Origin: Stegostoma tigrinum
Taxonomy: Eukaryota
DNA length: 64,000 bases
NCBI RefSeq assembly: GCF_030684315.1
Contig: NC_081391.1
Location: 20,110,629 to 20,174,628 of the forward strand
Direction: 5' to 3'
Within the stretch, counting starts at the first letter, position 1, and each line of letters starts with the position of its first letter. The position numbers were made by a program, and so were the translations under genes. Below the pieces are notes generated by a model. It ran no database searches. It was not told the origin of the DNA and worked only from the letters and a program-made list of their open reading frames with translations. Positions 49,281 through 64,000 of the stretch are shown here, piece after piece.

Positions 49281-52200
49281 TGTCACTATCCCTGCTCACT
49301 ATCACCTAGACAGCTCTCATATCAAGTCTTTGTACTACAATCTCTGGTATTTATACTCCTGGGACATCCTATGTTCAACGAGGGAATGACATCACCAATG
49401 ATGACTGACATTCCCTGAAAGCCAATTAGGAATCTCCCATGAATTTAGCCCCGCCTCTGCCCTCCCACCAATTAGAGAGAGGGTGTGGGTGTATGAGGCA
49501 GAGCTGATCAGAGGTGCAGATTGTTGTCAAGTCTGGATGGTTATTCTGTGATTGGATCAGCAGTCAGTCATTTAGAATCTCCAATCTGCTGGAACTCTCT
49601 ATCGGGTCATGGTTAGTTTGAACAGAAAACTAGATTTGGATTTGGAAAGCTTTTCTTTTAAAACTAAGCTTGTTGTGACCAACTGCAGGAGGTGCTCAAT
49701 GAAGGAGAATCAGTTTCTGCTGGGATATTGGAGAGAAAGGTAGGAGATTGGTGGTAGTTCCTAGAAATTTGTAACAGAAACAAACAGGACAAAGACAGGA
49801 AAGATGTTTCTGATGACCAATGCGCCCAGAACCAAGGGTCACTGTCTAAGGATATAGAGTAGTCTGTTTGGGATTGAGATGAGGAGAAATGTCTTCAGTC
49901 AGACAGTGGGGAGTCTGTTGTATTCTCTGGGACAAGAAACAGTTGAGGCCAAAATACTGAAGGTTTTGAAGAGTTAGATGTAGCTGATAGGGCTATGGGG
50001 ATCAAAGGGTATGGAGAGAGAGTGTGAAGATGGTACTGAGTTAAGGGATTACCCATCATCATATGGAATGTCAGAGCAGGCTGGAAAGGCTGTATCAAAA
50101 TGGTTCATAATTTTGAACATTTCAATCAGGTCATCTTTTAATCTTCTCTGCTCCAAGGAGATAAGGCCAATTTTTAAAATCTTTCCTGGTATCATTCCAG
50201 CAAATCTCCTTTGCACAGTGCCCAGGGCTTTAATGCCCTCCCTTAGAAACAGTGCCCAGAATTGAACACAATACTCTAATGCGGTCTGACCAATGGTGTG
50301 TAGTGGTGTAGCGTTACTTCTTTGCTTTTATACTCTCGGGCTCTCCTTAAAAACACAAGGTTCCTATAAGCCTTCTTCATGACTGTTTCATCTTGCCTGG
50401 CCACCTTCAGGGAATTGTAGTTTTAAATCCTGAGGGCTCTCTGCTCCTGTGCTCACCTTGACGTTGTTCCATTGAACCTGTATTATCTCTTCATGTCTCC
50501 ATGTTTCTTCGACCAAAATGCATTTCTTGCATTTTTTTGTGTTGAAATTAAAAAGTGATTGCCAACATCAAATCTTACCCAATAAAAATCAAGAGATGCT
50601 AATTTTGAAGTCTTCAACTGACACCGGACATGTGTGTGTGTCCACTACCCACTATCCTTTCTGTGAAGAGGCTGTTTCTGACATTATCCTGGGCCGTTTA
50701 GCACTAATTTGAAGATTCTATATCCGTTCCATACCTTAAGTCCTAGAAGACCCATTGAGAAGAAACAATTCCTCTGAATCTACCCTGTCAAGTCCATTAA
50801 TGATCTTAAAACTTTCAAGTACTGCCATCTCTTAACCTTCCATACTGAGGGACTCGGGCAAGCTGCCATCATCATTTAACCAGCTCTTTATCTCTGAGTT
50901 GATTCTGGAAATTCTCTGCTGCACCATCTTCAGGCCCAACCTGCCGAAAATGAGATCTCCAGGGATGGTTGAACCAGAACTTGACAATTTCATAAAAAAC
51001 TCCACCCAGAGGTGTTCAAATCCCTTAGAGATCAGGACTGACATTGAATTAATTTCTTTGTTCAGTGTTTTTATATCTCGTCTCTAGTTTCAATACATTT
51101 CTGTCCACTTGTCTCAGTTTCATTTTGATCATTAGTTTTGACAACCCAGCAGAAGATGTCCCCATTTCTAAAACACTCTGGCTCACCTTCCTTGGTCAGG
51201 AGTGGATAACTTCGCACTTCCCCTTCTTGAACTGTATCAGCCAGTCTTCCCCACTCCATGGAAGTTTGAAACATTCCACTGTCATGATAAAGTGCCACTT
51301 GATGTAATGCCATCAGCAAATATTTGAATTGTAGCTGTCCATTTCTTCATCTCGAACATTTATAATCCAAGGAAAATTTAAGGCCCCAGTTTCTCTCCTT
51401 GGGGAAAGTAATCACATCTTGCTTTTTCTTTTATTACCTCATGGGATGAAGGTGTTGTTGGCTGGCCCTGCATTTATTGTACTTCCCTAATTATTATTGT
51501 CTTCTTGAATTGCTGTTGTCCATTTGGTGCAGGGAGATCCATAATGCCATTTTGGACAGAATTCCAGGATTCAGATGGTATGACTGTAGATTGAGTTTTG
51601 CCTCATGAGCTTCATTGAGTATTTTGAAGAAGTGATGAAGAGCAATGATGAGGGCAGAGTGGTGGGTGTGATCTACATGGGCTGTAATGAAGCGTTTGAC
51701 AATGTTGCTCATAGTAAGCTGTTTAGCAAAGTGAGATCACATGGAATCCATGGAGAATTATCCATTTGGATACAGAAATGGCTCAAAGGTGGAAGGCACA
51801 GGGTGCCGGTAGAGGCAACAAAGTGTGGAGCCGGAGGAACACAGCAGGCCAGGCAGCATCAGAGGAGCAGAAAAGCTGCTGTTTCGGGCTGAGACCCTTC
51901 AGAAATTGGGAGGGGGAGGGGAAGCTCAGAAATAAGGAGGAGGGGTGGGACTGGGGATGGTAGGTGGGATGGTGATGGGTGAGTGCAGGTAGGGAGTGGT
52001 CAGTGAGGTGGGAGAGAAGCTGAACATGAACAGGTCAAGGAGGTGGGGATTGGTCATGGGATGAGGAGACTTTGAAGTTAATAAGGTTAATAAGGTCCAC
52101 ATTTAGTGTCTTGGGCTATAAGCTCCCAAGGCAGAATATGAGGTGCTACTCCTCTAGTTTGAGGATGACATTGGTGTGATACTGGAGGATGCCCAAGATG

Positions 52201-53830
52201 GACAGGTCAGCCATGGAGTGGGAGGTGGGGTGGAAGTTAAAACATTTTGTGATTGGAAAGTGTTGTTGTTTGTTGCTCATTGAGCGCAGATGCTCTAGAG
52301 AAACTGTCTCCCTCATGGTGGCTACATTGGGTGCAGCCGATACAATAGACCAACTTGAAACAGGTGCAGGTGATCTGTGTCTGATGCCGAAGGTTTGTTA
52401 GTTTTTATTTTGAATGGAGACACGGGGTGGATGTGGTGGTGGGGCGAGGGGGTCAGGGAATGGTGTAGCTGTTCCTGCAGTTGCAGGGAACAGGGCTGGG
52501 GTTAATGGGGAGAACAGAGTGGATGAGAGAGTGGCAGGGATACCAGCGTAGAGGTACTGGGGTGTCCACAGTAAGAGGGGCTATTCCTGCTTCTGTCGGA
52601 TATGTGGAACAGTCCCTCTTCTGCTGCTCCACTGGCACTATCCCCTACCTTTTCCTTACTCAAAGATTGAAAGTAAATAGCCAGCTACATTGCTGTGTGG
52701 GTGGTGAGTCAGCTGTCGGCCAACTGCTTTCCTTCCCTGAAAGGGTTAGAAAAGTTTAGAACTGCTGAGAGTTGGTCTTTCTGCAAATTAAGTGGTGTCT
52801 CTTCTACTCTGACCCGCCCCAACCGAAGCCGAGATGCTATGAAGGGAACTCTGCAGATAAAGAAGGTGAACCAGAGTCTCCCGGATCCCCTTGTCTACAA
52901 ATGTAGCTTTAATTGCACCAGCTGTCCTCAGCAGTTGATTGCTGGAGCAAGAACAGGGACTATGCCACGTTTGTCCCACACGCGACAAGGTGGGCATTGA
53001 GGATAGGAGACACTGTTACAGGAGAGAGCAGATTCCTCACTCAGTCTCCTACAGTGGAGACTTGTTAGAAAATCCAATTCCTTAGCTTTGGAAACTAGAA
53101 CAGTGGTGTATTGCTTGCTCAAAGAAGCATGGAGAAAAAGCAACTTGCATGCCAGATGCTATTGCTGTTACAGTCTTATTAAGGAATATTTTGAATGCTT
53201 AGATTCTACCAGTAAAGTTAACAGAATATTACTGGCAAAACTGTGGCCTGGCAGCACCTGGGGACAGACTTCAGTTGTGGAGTCACCAGACTCAAAGATT
53301 AACTGGTTTAATCAACACACATCCAGAGTTCCACCTGCACCTCCCCCGCCACCCGGCAAACCCCAGCAATTTCTATTTTGTTTGATGCCAGCTTTTAGGA
53401 AAGTTGGAGCATTGCTCGGGACAGGGCACCAGTTAAGTGGCTAACAGTTAGATAGAGTGGAGCAATTTTGGTGAAGCTATTCACGAGAGACTACTCTTAC
53501 AGAATTGTCACAGTGAGGACAAGACAGATAGTGAGCATTGCGAACAAGCCAAAAGCTTAACAGTTGTGATTTCCGCAACAATTACTCACTTCAAAAATTC
53601 TTCTGACTCTGGATTCAGAAGCTGAACAAAAATAGCCAGGGCAAGCATTGATTCAATGCAGAGAGCAAAAAGCCGAAGGGACTGAATAATCAGATAATAA
53701 ACAGCCAAATAAATGAAGCAGTTACTCACAGTAGTCAGATACATGGGAAATGTTTTCATTGACTTTTTTGTGCACTCTGCACTTGCACTAGAACACCAGT
53801 GTGCAACAGATGGAGTTGTTGAATCCCCGT

Positions 53831-53977
53831 TCAGCTCAGGCTGAGCCTCTCAAACAGATACTCTCCTTTGCCCTTCTGAGGGGCTCCCAGTCTCTTCAGG
53901 TTGGTGATGTGATCTCCCAGCTTCTTGATCATCTTCACTTGCTCATCCAAGTAGTGCCTCTCCAGGAAGTCGCACAG
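53831..53977 (-). pseudogene. Ferritin locus J, orphan exon 4 (duplicate of D), frame and acceptor intact
   Basis: 147 nt reading [48 protein letters not shown], preceded by a TTGTCTTCCAG acceptor. It has no upstream exons of its own. Confidence 0.85.
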
Positions 53978-54595
53978 CTGGAAGACAAGACAAGTTAGTT
54001 GAGTCCATTGAAGACATTTGGAAGTGACCCTCAATTCAGATCTTACAAATCACTGCCAAGTTGAGGGAGAGGGGCACTCTGGTGATTCATTTGGACTGTT
54101 GTAGATTTAACAGTCTGCAGGAGGCAGTTATGAGACAATTGTATTCCCCCTCCCCCCAGGAGTAGACAAACAGATCACTTTCAGGTTAGAAACATTCATC
54201 TTTCGTGTAATTTGAAAGTCATCCTGGTAGTTTTGTTGCTCTGAAGGCCATCAGCCCTACATGCTGAATTTAACAGTGGATGGCAAGGAAGCACACAACC
54301 AGCCCAGCTCTCCCCCTCCACCCACTGCATCCCAAAACCAGTCCAACCTGTCTCTGTCTCCCTGACCTGTTCTTCCTCTCACCCATCCCTTCCTCCCACC
54401 CCAAGCCGCACCTCCATCTCCTACCTACCAACCTCATCCCACCTCCTTGACCTGTCCATCTACCCTGGACTGACCTATCCCCTCCCCACATCCCCACCTA
54501 TACTCTCCTCTCCACCTATCTTCTTTTCTCTCCATCTTCGGTCCGCCTCCCCCTCTCTCCCTATTTATTCCAGAACCCTCCCCCCATCCCCCTCT

Positions 54596-54623
54596 CTGAT
54601 GAAGGGTCCAGGCCCGAAACGTC
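54596..54623 (+). ncRNA. Minimal hammerhead-ribozyme-like core in a Penelope-like terminus
   Basis: CTGATGA-A-GGG-TCCAGG-CCC-GAAA-CG-TC contains the CUGANGA and GAAA boxes, a 3-bp stem II, a palindromic ACGT and a GUC triplet. Stem I pairing is weak. Confidence 0.5.
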
Positions 54624-55426
54624 AGCTTTTGTGCTCCTGAGATGCTGCTGGGCCTGCTGTGTTCATCCAGCCTCACATTTTATTATCTTGGATTCTGCAG
54701 CATCTGCAGTTCCCATTATCACTGTTTTGTTGTCCAGCCGGCTTGGGGGGAAACTGAGCACGTTCTGGCCTTTTTAATTCGGCTTTCATATCTGCCCACT
54801 GCCACACGGTTATTACGGTGCTGATGGTGACCATTCGGCCCATCGTATCCACCACCAACTCGCTGAGCGTTTCACCTCTTGCCATTCTCCTGCACTGTCC
54901 CTGTAATCTCCATGTTATTCCCTTTCAGATATCAGTCCTATTCCCTTTTGAATGCGTGAACTGAACCTGCCTCCAACACACTCTCGGACTATACATTTCA
55001 CACCCTATCCACTCGCTGTGTTGGAAGGTTTTTATTTTCGCAGATCACTTCAGCTTCTTTTGCCAATTTTAAACCTGTGCCTTCTTGCTCCTGACCCTTT
55101 CACAAATGGGAACATCGTGCCACTGTTTGTTCTTTCTGGATCCGTATTTGAGCCATTTGCTTTCCAGAGAGAAGAGTTCCAGCTTCTCCAATATATCCTC
55201 ACACCTGAAATTCCTCATTCCTGGAGCCATTCCAGGAAGCCTCCTCTGCACTGTCTCCAGTACATCCACACTTTCCTTCAGTGTGATGTGCAGAATGAGA
55301 CACAGTATTCCTGTTGGAGTCAAACTTAAGCAGGTTCAGCATAATCACCTTGCTCTTGTACACTTGCCCCTACTAATAAAACTCAGGGCACTGCGAGCTT
55401 TGTAAACGATTCTCTTAAACAGTCCT

Positions 55427-56772
55427 CAGAGATAATGGGAACTGCAGGTGCTGGAGAATCTGAGATAACAAAGTGTAGAGCTGGATGAACACAGCAGGTC
55501 ATGCAGCATTTGGGCCTAGACCCTTCATCAGAAAAGGGAGATGGGGAGAGAATTCTGAAATAAATAGGGAGAGGGGTAGGCGGACTGAAGAAGAATAGAG
55601 GAGAAGGTAGGTGGAGAGGAAAGTATGGGTGGGGAGGTAGGGAGGGGATAGGTCAGTCCGGGGAGGATGGACAGGTCAAAGGGGCCAGGTGAGGTTAGTA
55701 GGTAGGAAATGGAGGTGTGGCTTGAGGTAGGAGGAGGGGCTCGGTGAGAGGAAGAACAGGTTATGGAGGCTGGGACGAGCTGGGCTGGTTTTGGGATGCA
55801 GTGGGAGGAGGGGAGATTTTGAAGCTGGTCAAATCCACATTGATACCATTGGGCTGCAGAGTTCCCAAGCGGAATACGAGTTGCTGTTCCTGCAACCTAT
55901 GGGTGGCATCATTATGGCACTGCAGGAGGACCAGGATGGACATGTTGTCTCAGGAATGGGAGGGGGGAGTTGAAATGGTGCACGACTGGGAGGTGCAGTT
56001 GTTTACTGCGATCTGAGCGTAGGTGTTCTGCAAAGTGATCCCAAGCCTCTGCTGCATTTCCCCAATGTAGCGGAAGCCACACCGTGTACAGCAGATGCAG
56101 TATACCACATTGGCGGATGTGCAGGTGAACATCTCTTTGGTGTGGAAAGTCATCTTGGGGCCTGGGATCGGGGTAAGGGAGGAGGTGTGGGGGCAGGTGC
56201 AGCACTTCCTGCAGTTGTAGCAGAAAGTGCTGGGTGTGGTGGGTTTGGACGGGAGTGTGGAGCAGACAAGGACGTCGCAGAGAGAATGGTCTCTCCGAAA
56301 GCAGACAATGGTGGGGATAGAAAAATGTCTTTGGTGGTGGAGTTAGATTGTAGATGGCAGAAGTTTCGGAGGACGATGCGTTATATCCAGAGGTTAGTGG
56401 GGTGGCATGTGAGGACTAGGGGATCCTCTCGGGGAAGTTATTGCGAGGGTGGTGTGTGAGGGATGAGTTGTGGGAAATGCGGGAGACACGATTGAGGACA
56501 TTCTCGCCCACTGCAAGGGGGAAGTGGCGGTCCTGTAAGAACGAGGACATCTGGGATGTGCAGGAGTGGTATGCCTCTCCTTGGAGGAGATGGGGCAGAG
56601 GCAAAGGAATTGGGAATAGGGCATGGAGTTTTTGCAGGAAGGTGGGTTGGAGGAGGCATATTACAGGTAGCTGTGGGAGTCGGTGGGCTTGAAATGGACA
56701 TCGGTTTGTAGGTGGTTGCCTGCGATGGAGACAGAAAGTCCAGGAAGGTGAGGGATGTGTTGGAGATGGTCC
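55427..56772 (-). mobile_element. Penelope-like retroelement (duplicate of 21400-22745)
   Basis: Same GIY-YIG remnant at 55950-56153 and a PYSQFLCL motif. Confidence 0.85.
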
Positions 56773-58469
56773 TTCCACCTTCAATGATGTAATGCAAATA
56801 CACCATGCAGTTCACTCACTCCTGCACCCTCTTTAGAAATGCACCTTTTATTTTGTATTGTCTCTACATGCTTTTCCCACTTTGAACTTCATCTGCCACT
56901 CGCTTGCCGATTCCACCAATATGTCTGTGCCCTTTTGAGGTTCGACACCATGGTCCTCACTCGAAGTTTCTTATCATGTACAAACTCTGAAATTGCATCC
57001 TTTATACCAGGCTATATGTCATTAGCTAAGTTTAGAAAAGTCTGGCTCCTCCCCATAACCCATGGAACTCCACTACAAACCACCCCCTCGTCCAAAGAGC
57101 ATCCATTAGCATCACTTATGTTTCCAGTAATGCAGCCAACTCCATATCCCTGTCACTGCGCTGCCGTTCATTGCAGGGGCTTGAACATTGTGTGGCACTG
57201 TATTATATGTCTTTAGGAAGCCCACGTAGACCACACGAACAACAGCCCTCTCGTCTATCTCCTCAAAATACTTGTGCTAGATAGTTGAAAGTGATTTTCC
57301 TTTTGAGGAGATCTGGCATGGATCTCAAAAAAGATTCATATTCATCCATGTATCTATTACGCAATTTTCAACTCATCTCCATTACTTCCTATCTTCCACT
57401 CCCCAGCATCACTCATGGAAATGCCAGGCGTCTACTCCATCACTTATCCCATTTGGAAACTGAACGAAAAGCTGATGCAAAAGGACAATGCATCGAGAAG
57501 TTGTTGCCTCTTCTCAGTGTTCATAATTTATTGCAGCTACTAATTTCCAATTTCAAAAGAATTTCTCACACAGATTTAAAAGATCCACTCCCCACCCAAG
57601 TCCCCTAACCTGCCATTTCCACATACATGCTGTATATGTTGCTTGCCTTCTATTGAAGGAGAGCTTAACAATGTTGGAGCTGAAAGAGTTTGCAAATAAG
57701 ACCTCTCCTCCTCAGCAATTTCTGTACCCTATTCCCCTGCTGAGAGCTTCACTTCAGACAAACAAGAGGAAAAGAAGTGACCCAACCAATGATTGGCTGC
57801 TGCATACATGAAGCTATTGGGAGGTATGGAAGGGTAGGAGGAAATAAGAAGTAATGAGAAATCAGGGGGAAAGAGGGGGGGTGGTGTTGAAGAAGAAAGA
57901 AGGAAGACAAAAAAATGCTTTGAATCCAACTCTGCTTCCTTTAAATCATTCATCTGCTAACCCTCAGTCCCCAAAAGAAACAAAAACAAGTCCACAAGCT
58001 GCAGATGGGAGCAGCCTTTGCAGTCGGCAAACTTCGAAAGAGTTCACTTAACCCTTGCTGCTGTTGGAAGAAGGGCAGAGGAGGACAGAGGAAGCACCTA
58101 GTGTCTAATGTCGTCCGGAGAATAAAGTCATGTCACTAAGTGGTACACACCTGGAAGGCTAATGTAACGCTAAAAGCAAAGGGGAAACGCCTCATTTACA
58201 AATTTGCCATGAATAAAACGTACGTTCCATATGTACATGAAATTTATGCTACCTTTAGAGGAAGATATAGAAGTGTGTGAAATTTCTATTGTGGATTTTT
58301 TCTGTCAAGTTACCTGGTTAGCTGTTGGTAATTTAGGTCGTTTAAAAAACAAAGATCCAAAATCCAGTTCCACAAAGACTTGTATTTCCATTTGGAATGG
58401 CAGACAGAAAAAGGTAAAGTGGGCATCGGAATTAAGTCACAAATGGACCAATTTGTTCTATAACCCCAC

Positions 58470-60707
58470 TCAGCTCAGTGTGAGCTTGTCAAACAGGTAC
58501 TCTCCCATGCCATTGTCAGGGTCTCCCAGTCTCTTCAGGTTGGTGATGTGATCTCCCAGCTTCTTGATCATCTTCACTTGCTCATCCAGGTAGTGCCTCT
58601 CCAGGAAGTCACACAGCTGGAACAAGGAGCCAGAATGTAATGTTAGAGCAGACACATCAACAATCACACCATTGCGCTTTTGCAGTGATATAAGTGTGAA
58701 CAAGTGCTGGTATTTGAGAGCAGCTTGCTCTCCAGAAACAATGAACAGACTGGAATAGCTTTATTTGCAACTTTGCAAATGCAGAAATGGTGACAGAAAC
58801 CTGAGTTTACCCACCAGGGATCAAACTGCCATTTCACAGAATTGGGTGGAAGTTCTAAACACTTACGCCTCTCACCAAGTCAGCAAAGCACATATCAGTG
58901 ACTGACATCTATGTTCAGGATGGCTGCTGCTCTCAAACACTGGGACAATAGCAAGCCTATGCCTGTAGAACAGGAATAGCAGATTCCCATGTCACCTTGA
59001 GCTCCCTCGAGACATGCATCCCATCAGGAACTCACATGAGGGTCCGTGTGGCCAGAGGCGAGTTTGTGCAGATCCAGCAGACTCTGGTTCACATCCTTCT
59101 CCATCCGCAGAGCTCTCTGCATTGCCTCCAGACCATTGCCCCACTCATCCTGCTCTGGCTTCTGGAGGGAGAAAACACAGTCATTAATGAGGTTAGAAGG
59201 TCCAAGACTCGTACAAAGGCAAGAAAAAGACGACATATGGTAATCTGTGCCAAATCCAAACCAAGGATTAATAACAATTCACAATTCACAGAAGGTCATG
59301 GAGACCATTATCAGACATTTGATCCATCATTAAGAACTGCTGACAGATCAGGGCTAAAGATTGAAACATTGGGATGAAGTTACCTGTATTCAGGCTAGTC
59401 TACAGTAATGTATCAGTCTAAACTGTCATTGGGGCAAGTTCAGTGCTAAAACCCTTTCATTCTGATTTGTTGATCTTTCAGAAAAGGAAAGAATTAGCAA
59501 AACCAACTCACATCAAGCAGAGACTTTCTATCAAGACACCTCACTCATCTCAACACAAGATGTACAGGGGAGTCTGGAACACCAAGGCCATTGCACAAGC
59601 AAGAAACAACACAATTTGCATTTACTACAAGAAATAGACCCCAACCTTGATGTCCTGCAGGAGAACACGGCCACCACGTTTATTCTGGAATGCCATCAGT
59701 TTCTCAGCATGTTCCTGTTCCTCATGGGACTGCTCCTTGAAGAACTCAGCAAAGTGACGGAGGGCAACATCATCCCGGTCAAAGTAAGAGAACTGTAAGC
59801 AGAAGGGAACAGAAGGCAAGACTAAAATTTCATCACCAGCTAAAAGAGTAAAATAGTAAGCTATTTAACAACTGACTGTATCACAAGTCACTTAAAAAAT
59901 AAACAGGTGACAATTGATCACAGCATTGATGTTACACATCATCTCCAGACAAACATTCCTCTCCTCCTTCCCCCACCACCCTACTCAAGTCAGCAACACT
60001 AGCTCCTCCCCCAAAAGGAACCCAATAATTAGAGACTATAATCTAATCTAATACTGTAATTGCTTCATGGAAACATCCAGTATTAAACATGGACATGAAC
60101 ATTAGACTTTTCCTGACACCATACACTTCAGAACATAAAAGACAGAGGAGGATGCTAACCAATTGTGCAGTAAGGCTCAGCAGTTAGCACTACTGCCACA
60201 CAGTGCCAGGGGCCCAGGGTCTGATTAAAACTGTGCATGTGAAGTTCACACATTCTCTCCAAAGATGTGGGTTTCTTTTCACTGCCCATATATGGGCAGA
60301 TGATGTTGACCAGCTATGCTAAATTGCCCATAATGGCCAGGGCAGGTGGGTTAGCCATGGGAAGTGCAGGGTCACAAGGGGACAGTAGGTGGGAGTGCTC
60401 TTGAGAAGGACTCAATTGGACAAGTGACCTATATCTACATTATAGAGATGCTAATGATTATGATACCCAGCCAAAGAGAACCACTCTCAGAAGGAGTAAT
60501 TTAGATTTCAGCACTCTGCTTATTAAACAAGAGAACTTCTAGGTATTATCAGAATTACATTTAAATGCATTGTCTGCATTGTAAAATGAGACAATCAAGC
60601 CTCACCATGGAGAGGTAAACATAAGAGGAATAGAGCTCCAGGTTGATCTGCTTGTTAACAGCATCCTCACAGTCCTTGTGATAGTTCTGACACACTTGGG
60701 AAGCCAT
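58470..60707 (-). CDS. Ferritin heavy/middle-subunit-like, locus K (duplicate of E), intact, 173 aa
   Basis: Exons 60707-60606, 59792-59646, 59161-59036 and 58616-58470 with an open frame. Variant LGDPDNG. Confidence 0.95.
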
Positions 60708-63457
60708 CTTCACTACTCCTGCTCACTATCACCTCAACACCTCCAGAACTGAACTCCTTTCCTACGAACTCTTTTCTTTATACTCCTGGGTCATCCTGCA
60801 ATCAGCCAGGGAATGACACCACCAATGATGACAGCCAATGAGGAATTGGCATGCATCCAGGCACCAATGAGGGGAATGGGGTGGAGTGAGATACTCAGAG
60901 CCAATCACAGTTTTGAAATGGCAGCAAATCTGTGATTGGTCCCAGGAGCTGAAGGAAGCCTGAAGGTGACTGGGGGCCAAAAGCAATGTGTTGACTTTTA
61001 TCTTGCTTCTGGAATGGCGTCAGGCCACTCGGCCTAACAGCAATTACGAATGGATATCAGTGGTTGGCATCATTAGCAACAGCCATATTCTATGAAATGA
61101 CTGAAACAAAACTCACTCCAGGGCCAAAATCAGAGTAATGTACTCCACATATAGTATATTCTGTACTGCATACAATATTGACATAGCCTGTACATTCTAG
61201 TCCTCTCCCTCCATCGAGATGATGACTAAACTGCTGTGAGCCTTTTCAGTTCAATTTTGCTGCAGACTGTGAGTTTTTAAGTCATTTCTACACATGGTTT
61301 CCTAACTCTGTGCTTTTCTTCAGTTCCTAGCTCTGTTTCTTTGACAAAACTCTCATTTATCTTGGTGCAAGTTTGCTTTTCCTCACATGTTATTGATGTT
61401 GTTGATAATATTCTGCCTGTTTATGGTACTATCGTGCCAACTGATAGAATGCCATCAGGAAGCGTGAGAGAGATCTCTATTCTTTTGTCAATGTCACATG
61501 GAAATATATGGACGTCAGAGGACCCTGTGGGGAAGAGACAGAAACATCGAAACCCAGAACACAAGGGCAGGCGGAGGCCATTCAGCCGTTTGAGCCTTCT
61601 CCACCATTCTATATGATAATGGCTGATCCCAGCAAACCCAACAGTGTGTTCCTGCTTTCCCTCCATATCGTTCGATCCCTTTAGCCCCAAGCACTAGATC
61701 CAACAATTTGAAATCAATGCTTTGGTCTCAACTGTGTACCGTGGTTGCAGATTCCACAGGCTCTCCCACTGTCTTGGTGAAGAAATGTAATAGCCCATCC
61801 ATGACACCAGGTTACACACAAATTGCCGATCGACAGTCAGATACCGACCTGTTTCGGAGAGTCCACAGTCAGTGTGTATCAGTTTGCTGTTTGGGATGAT
61901 AAGTATTTTGACTAAGTAACACATGCATTTCTGCATTGACTGGAGATTAATGAAGCTTAGGGCTTGACGAGTAAAGTTGCCAGCAGCAAGGAATCAGATG
62001 TCGCCCTGGCCAAAGATGTTTCACAGTTAGTGTCTGCGAAATGATTAGAACTTTTGGCAATCCTGGTGGGTTGATGCCAATCTATTATGTAAACACCTGA
62101 CTTACACACTGTCCCCCACGCCCTTGCAGAGTGAGCCTGAAGCAGATTTGTCCCAGACCCTGAATGCGGTAACAAGGTCCTTCCTGATCTGTTACTACTT
62201 AACATTGCAGCTGACAGAGACAGATGGGGATCAAGAGCAGAGGAAACATTCAACTGTGTTCTGAAGCGTCACCGTACTTGAAATGCTTACTCGGTGTCTC
62301 TCTCTCTCTCTCTCTATGGATGCTAGCGGACTAGCTGAGTTTCTCCAATAATCTGTTTTGTCTCCAGGTTGTCAACATCCACAAATCTTCAGTCCCACTT
62401 GCAACGCTTGGAAATGCCCGACAGATCCGAACAAAGACTGTAGTCACAAGCTAATGGACATTATCGTTAAATGTTGAATGCAGAAAGTCACCTATGAATT
62501 ATACTGCAACTTTGCATTCATTTCAGCTACTTTGGAACTAGTCTAACGATGACCACAAAGCTGTTGTTGGAGAAAGCCCACCTTATCGACTCATGTCCTT
62601 GACCGATAGAGTGAGGATATGGAGTTAGGCCAGTAAAAGGAAGCAGCTTGTATTCTACAAGAGAAACCCAGTACAAGAGAAACCTGGGTCCCCTCAGGCA
62701 TGAATTGAGCAAAGCTCCGATTGAGATATTAAGCATTTCCCTTTGCTTTTATGACCAAAGGATCAGAGTGTGGAGGCTGATGCAGCGGCAAGAGTATCGC
62801 ACACTGTGCCCCTAAGAATAACGTAATTCAAACTCTCCTGAGAGTAATCTGGAATTTTTTAAAATGAAAAAAAGGCACTCTTTCATCTCCCTCATTTAAA
62901 CTCTTACTTGCTAAGGTTTCAGAAGCATGTGCTTAGCTCTGATTGTTGAGCAAGACATGCAAGCAGATTGTCCAGTTAGAGCCTTGTGGCTCAAGTTAAG
63001 GGATACCCTAGCCAGTTTATGGCAAAGGAGAGGTTTAACCTCCGGCACAGGTCATGCACTAGCATTCGTTAGGCTGGAATGCAGTGGCTACTGAATGAAA
63101 AGAAAGCTGAACCAATTAAAGGAAGAGACAGATGTGCAGTCAGGTTTTCAGGAGCTGAGAAAAAGGCAGATGCACTAGTGGTGTGGAAGGAAAACCTGCA
63201 GGATTGTATTAAATGGCAGACAGGAGTCAAGGAAGCTGATGGCCTACATTCAGACCCCTGCCTTGTACTTCACTGTAGCCACATCACGGGGGAGGGGGGG
63301 GGGGGCAGGAAGGTAAATGTTTGATGATCAGTCTAGGAATTAGTTACACAGGAGAACGTAGTTGAGTGAATATTTTATTTCCACATGCAGCAATAGAGAA
63401 ACCGATACAAATAATTCTGCTTTCATGTACAATAGTGAAGCAATTCCAAACTGCCAC

Positions 63458-63978
<521 letters not shown>

Positions 63979-64000
63979 CTGGCGGGAGAAGACAGACAGT

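Overview
Vertebrate genomic DNA, very likely from a cartilaginous fish (inferred from HE1/V-SINE-like, CR1 and Penelope-like repeats). It holds a head-to-tail tandem array of four-exon ferritin genes (heavy/middle-subunit-like, 173 aa), all on the minus strand. I resolve 12 ferritin loci, labelled A-L from left to right. Six look intact (B, C, E, G, I, K), one has a +1 frameshift (H), one is a clear pseudogene (A), two are orphan exon-4 cassettes (D, J), one is a 5'-truncated exon 3-4 cassette (F) and one runs off the right edge (L). About 23 kb (7.0-29.9 kb) is repeated roughly 33.5-34 kb downstream. Notable points: none of the eight visible promoters has an iron-responsive element between its TATA box and ATG; exons are homogenised while introns and flanks are shuffled in a mosaic; five short hairpin-type micro-inversions distinguish paralogous copies; and Penelope-like element ends carry hammerhead-ribozyme-like cores. 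Exon coordinates were counted by hand from splice sites. Repeat boundaries are approximate and repeat family names come from motif recognition, not a database search.
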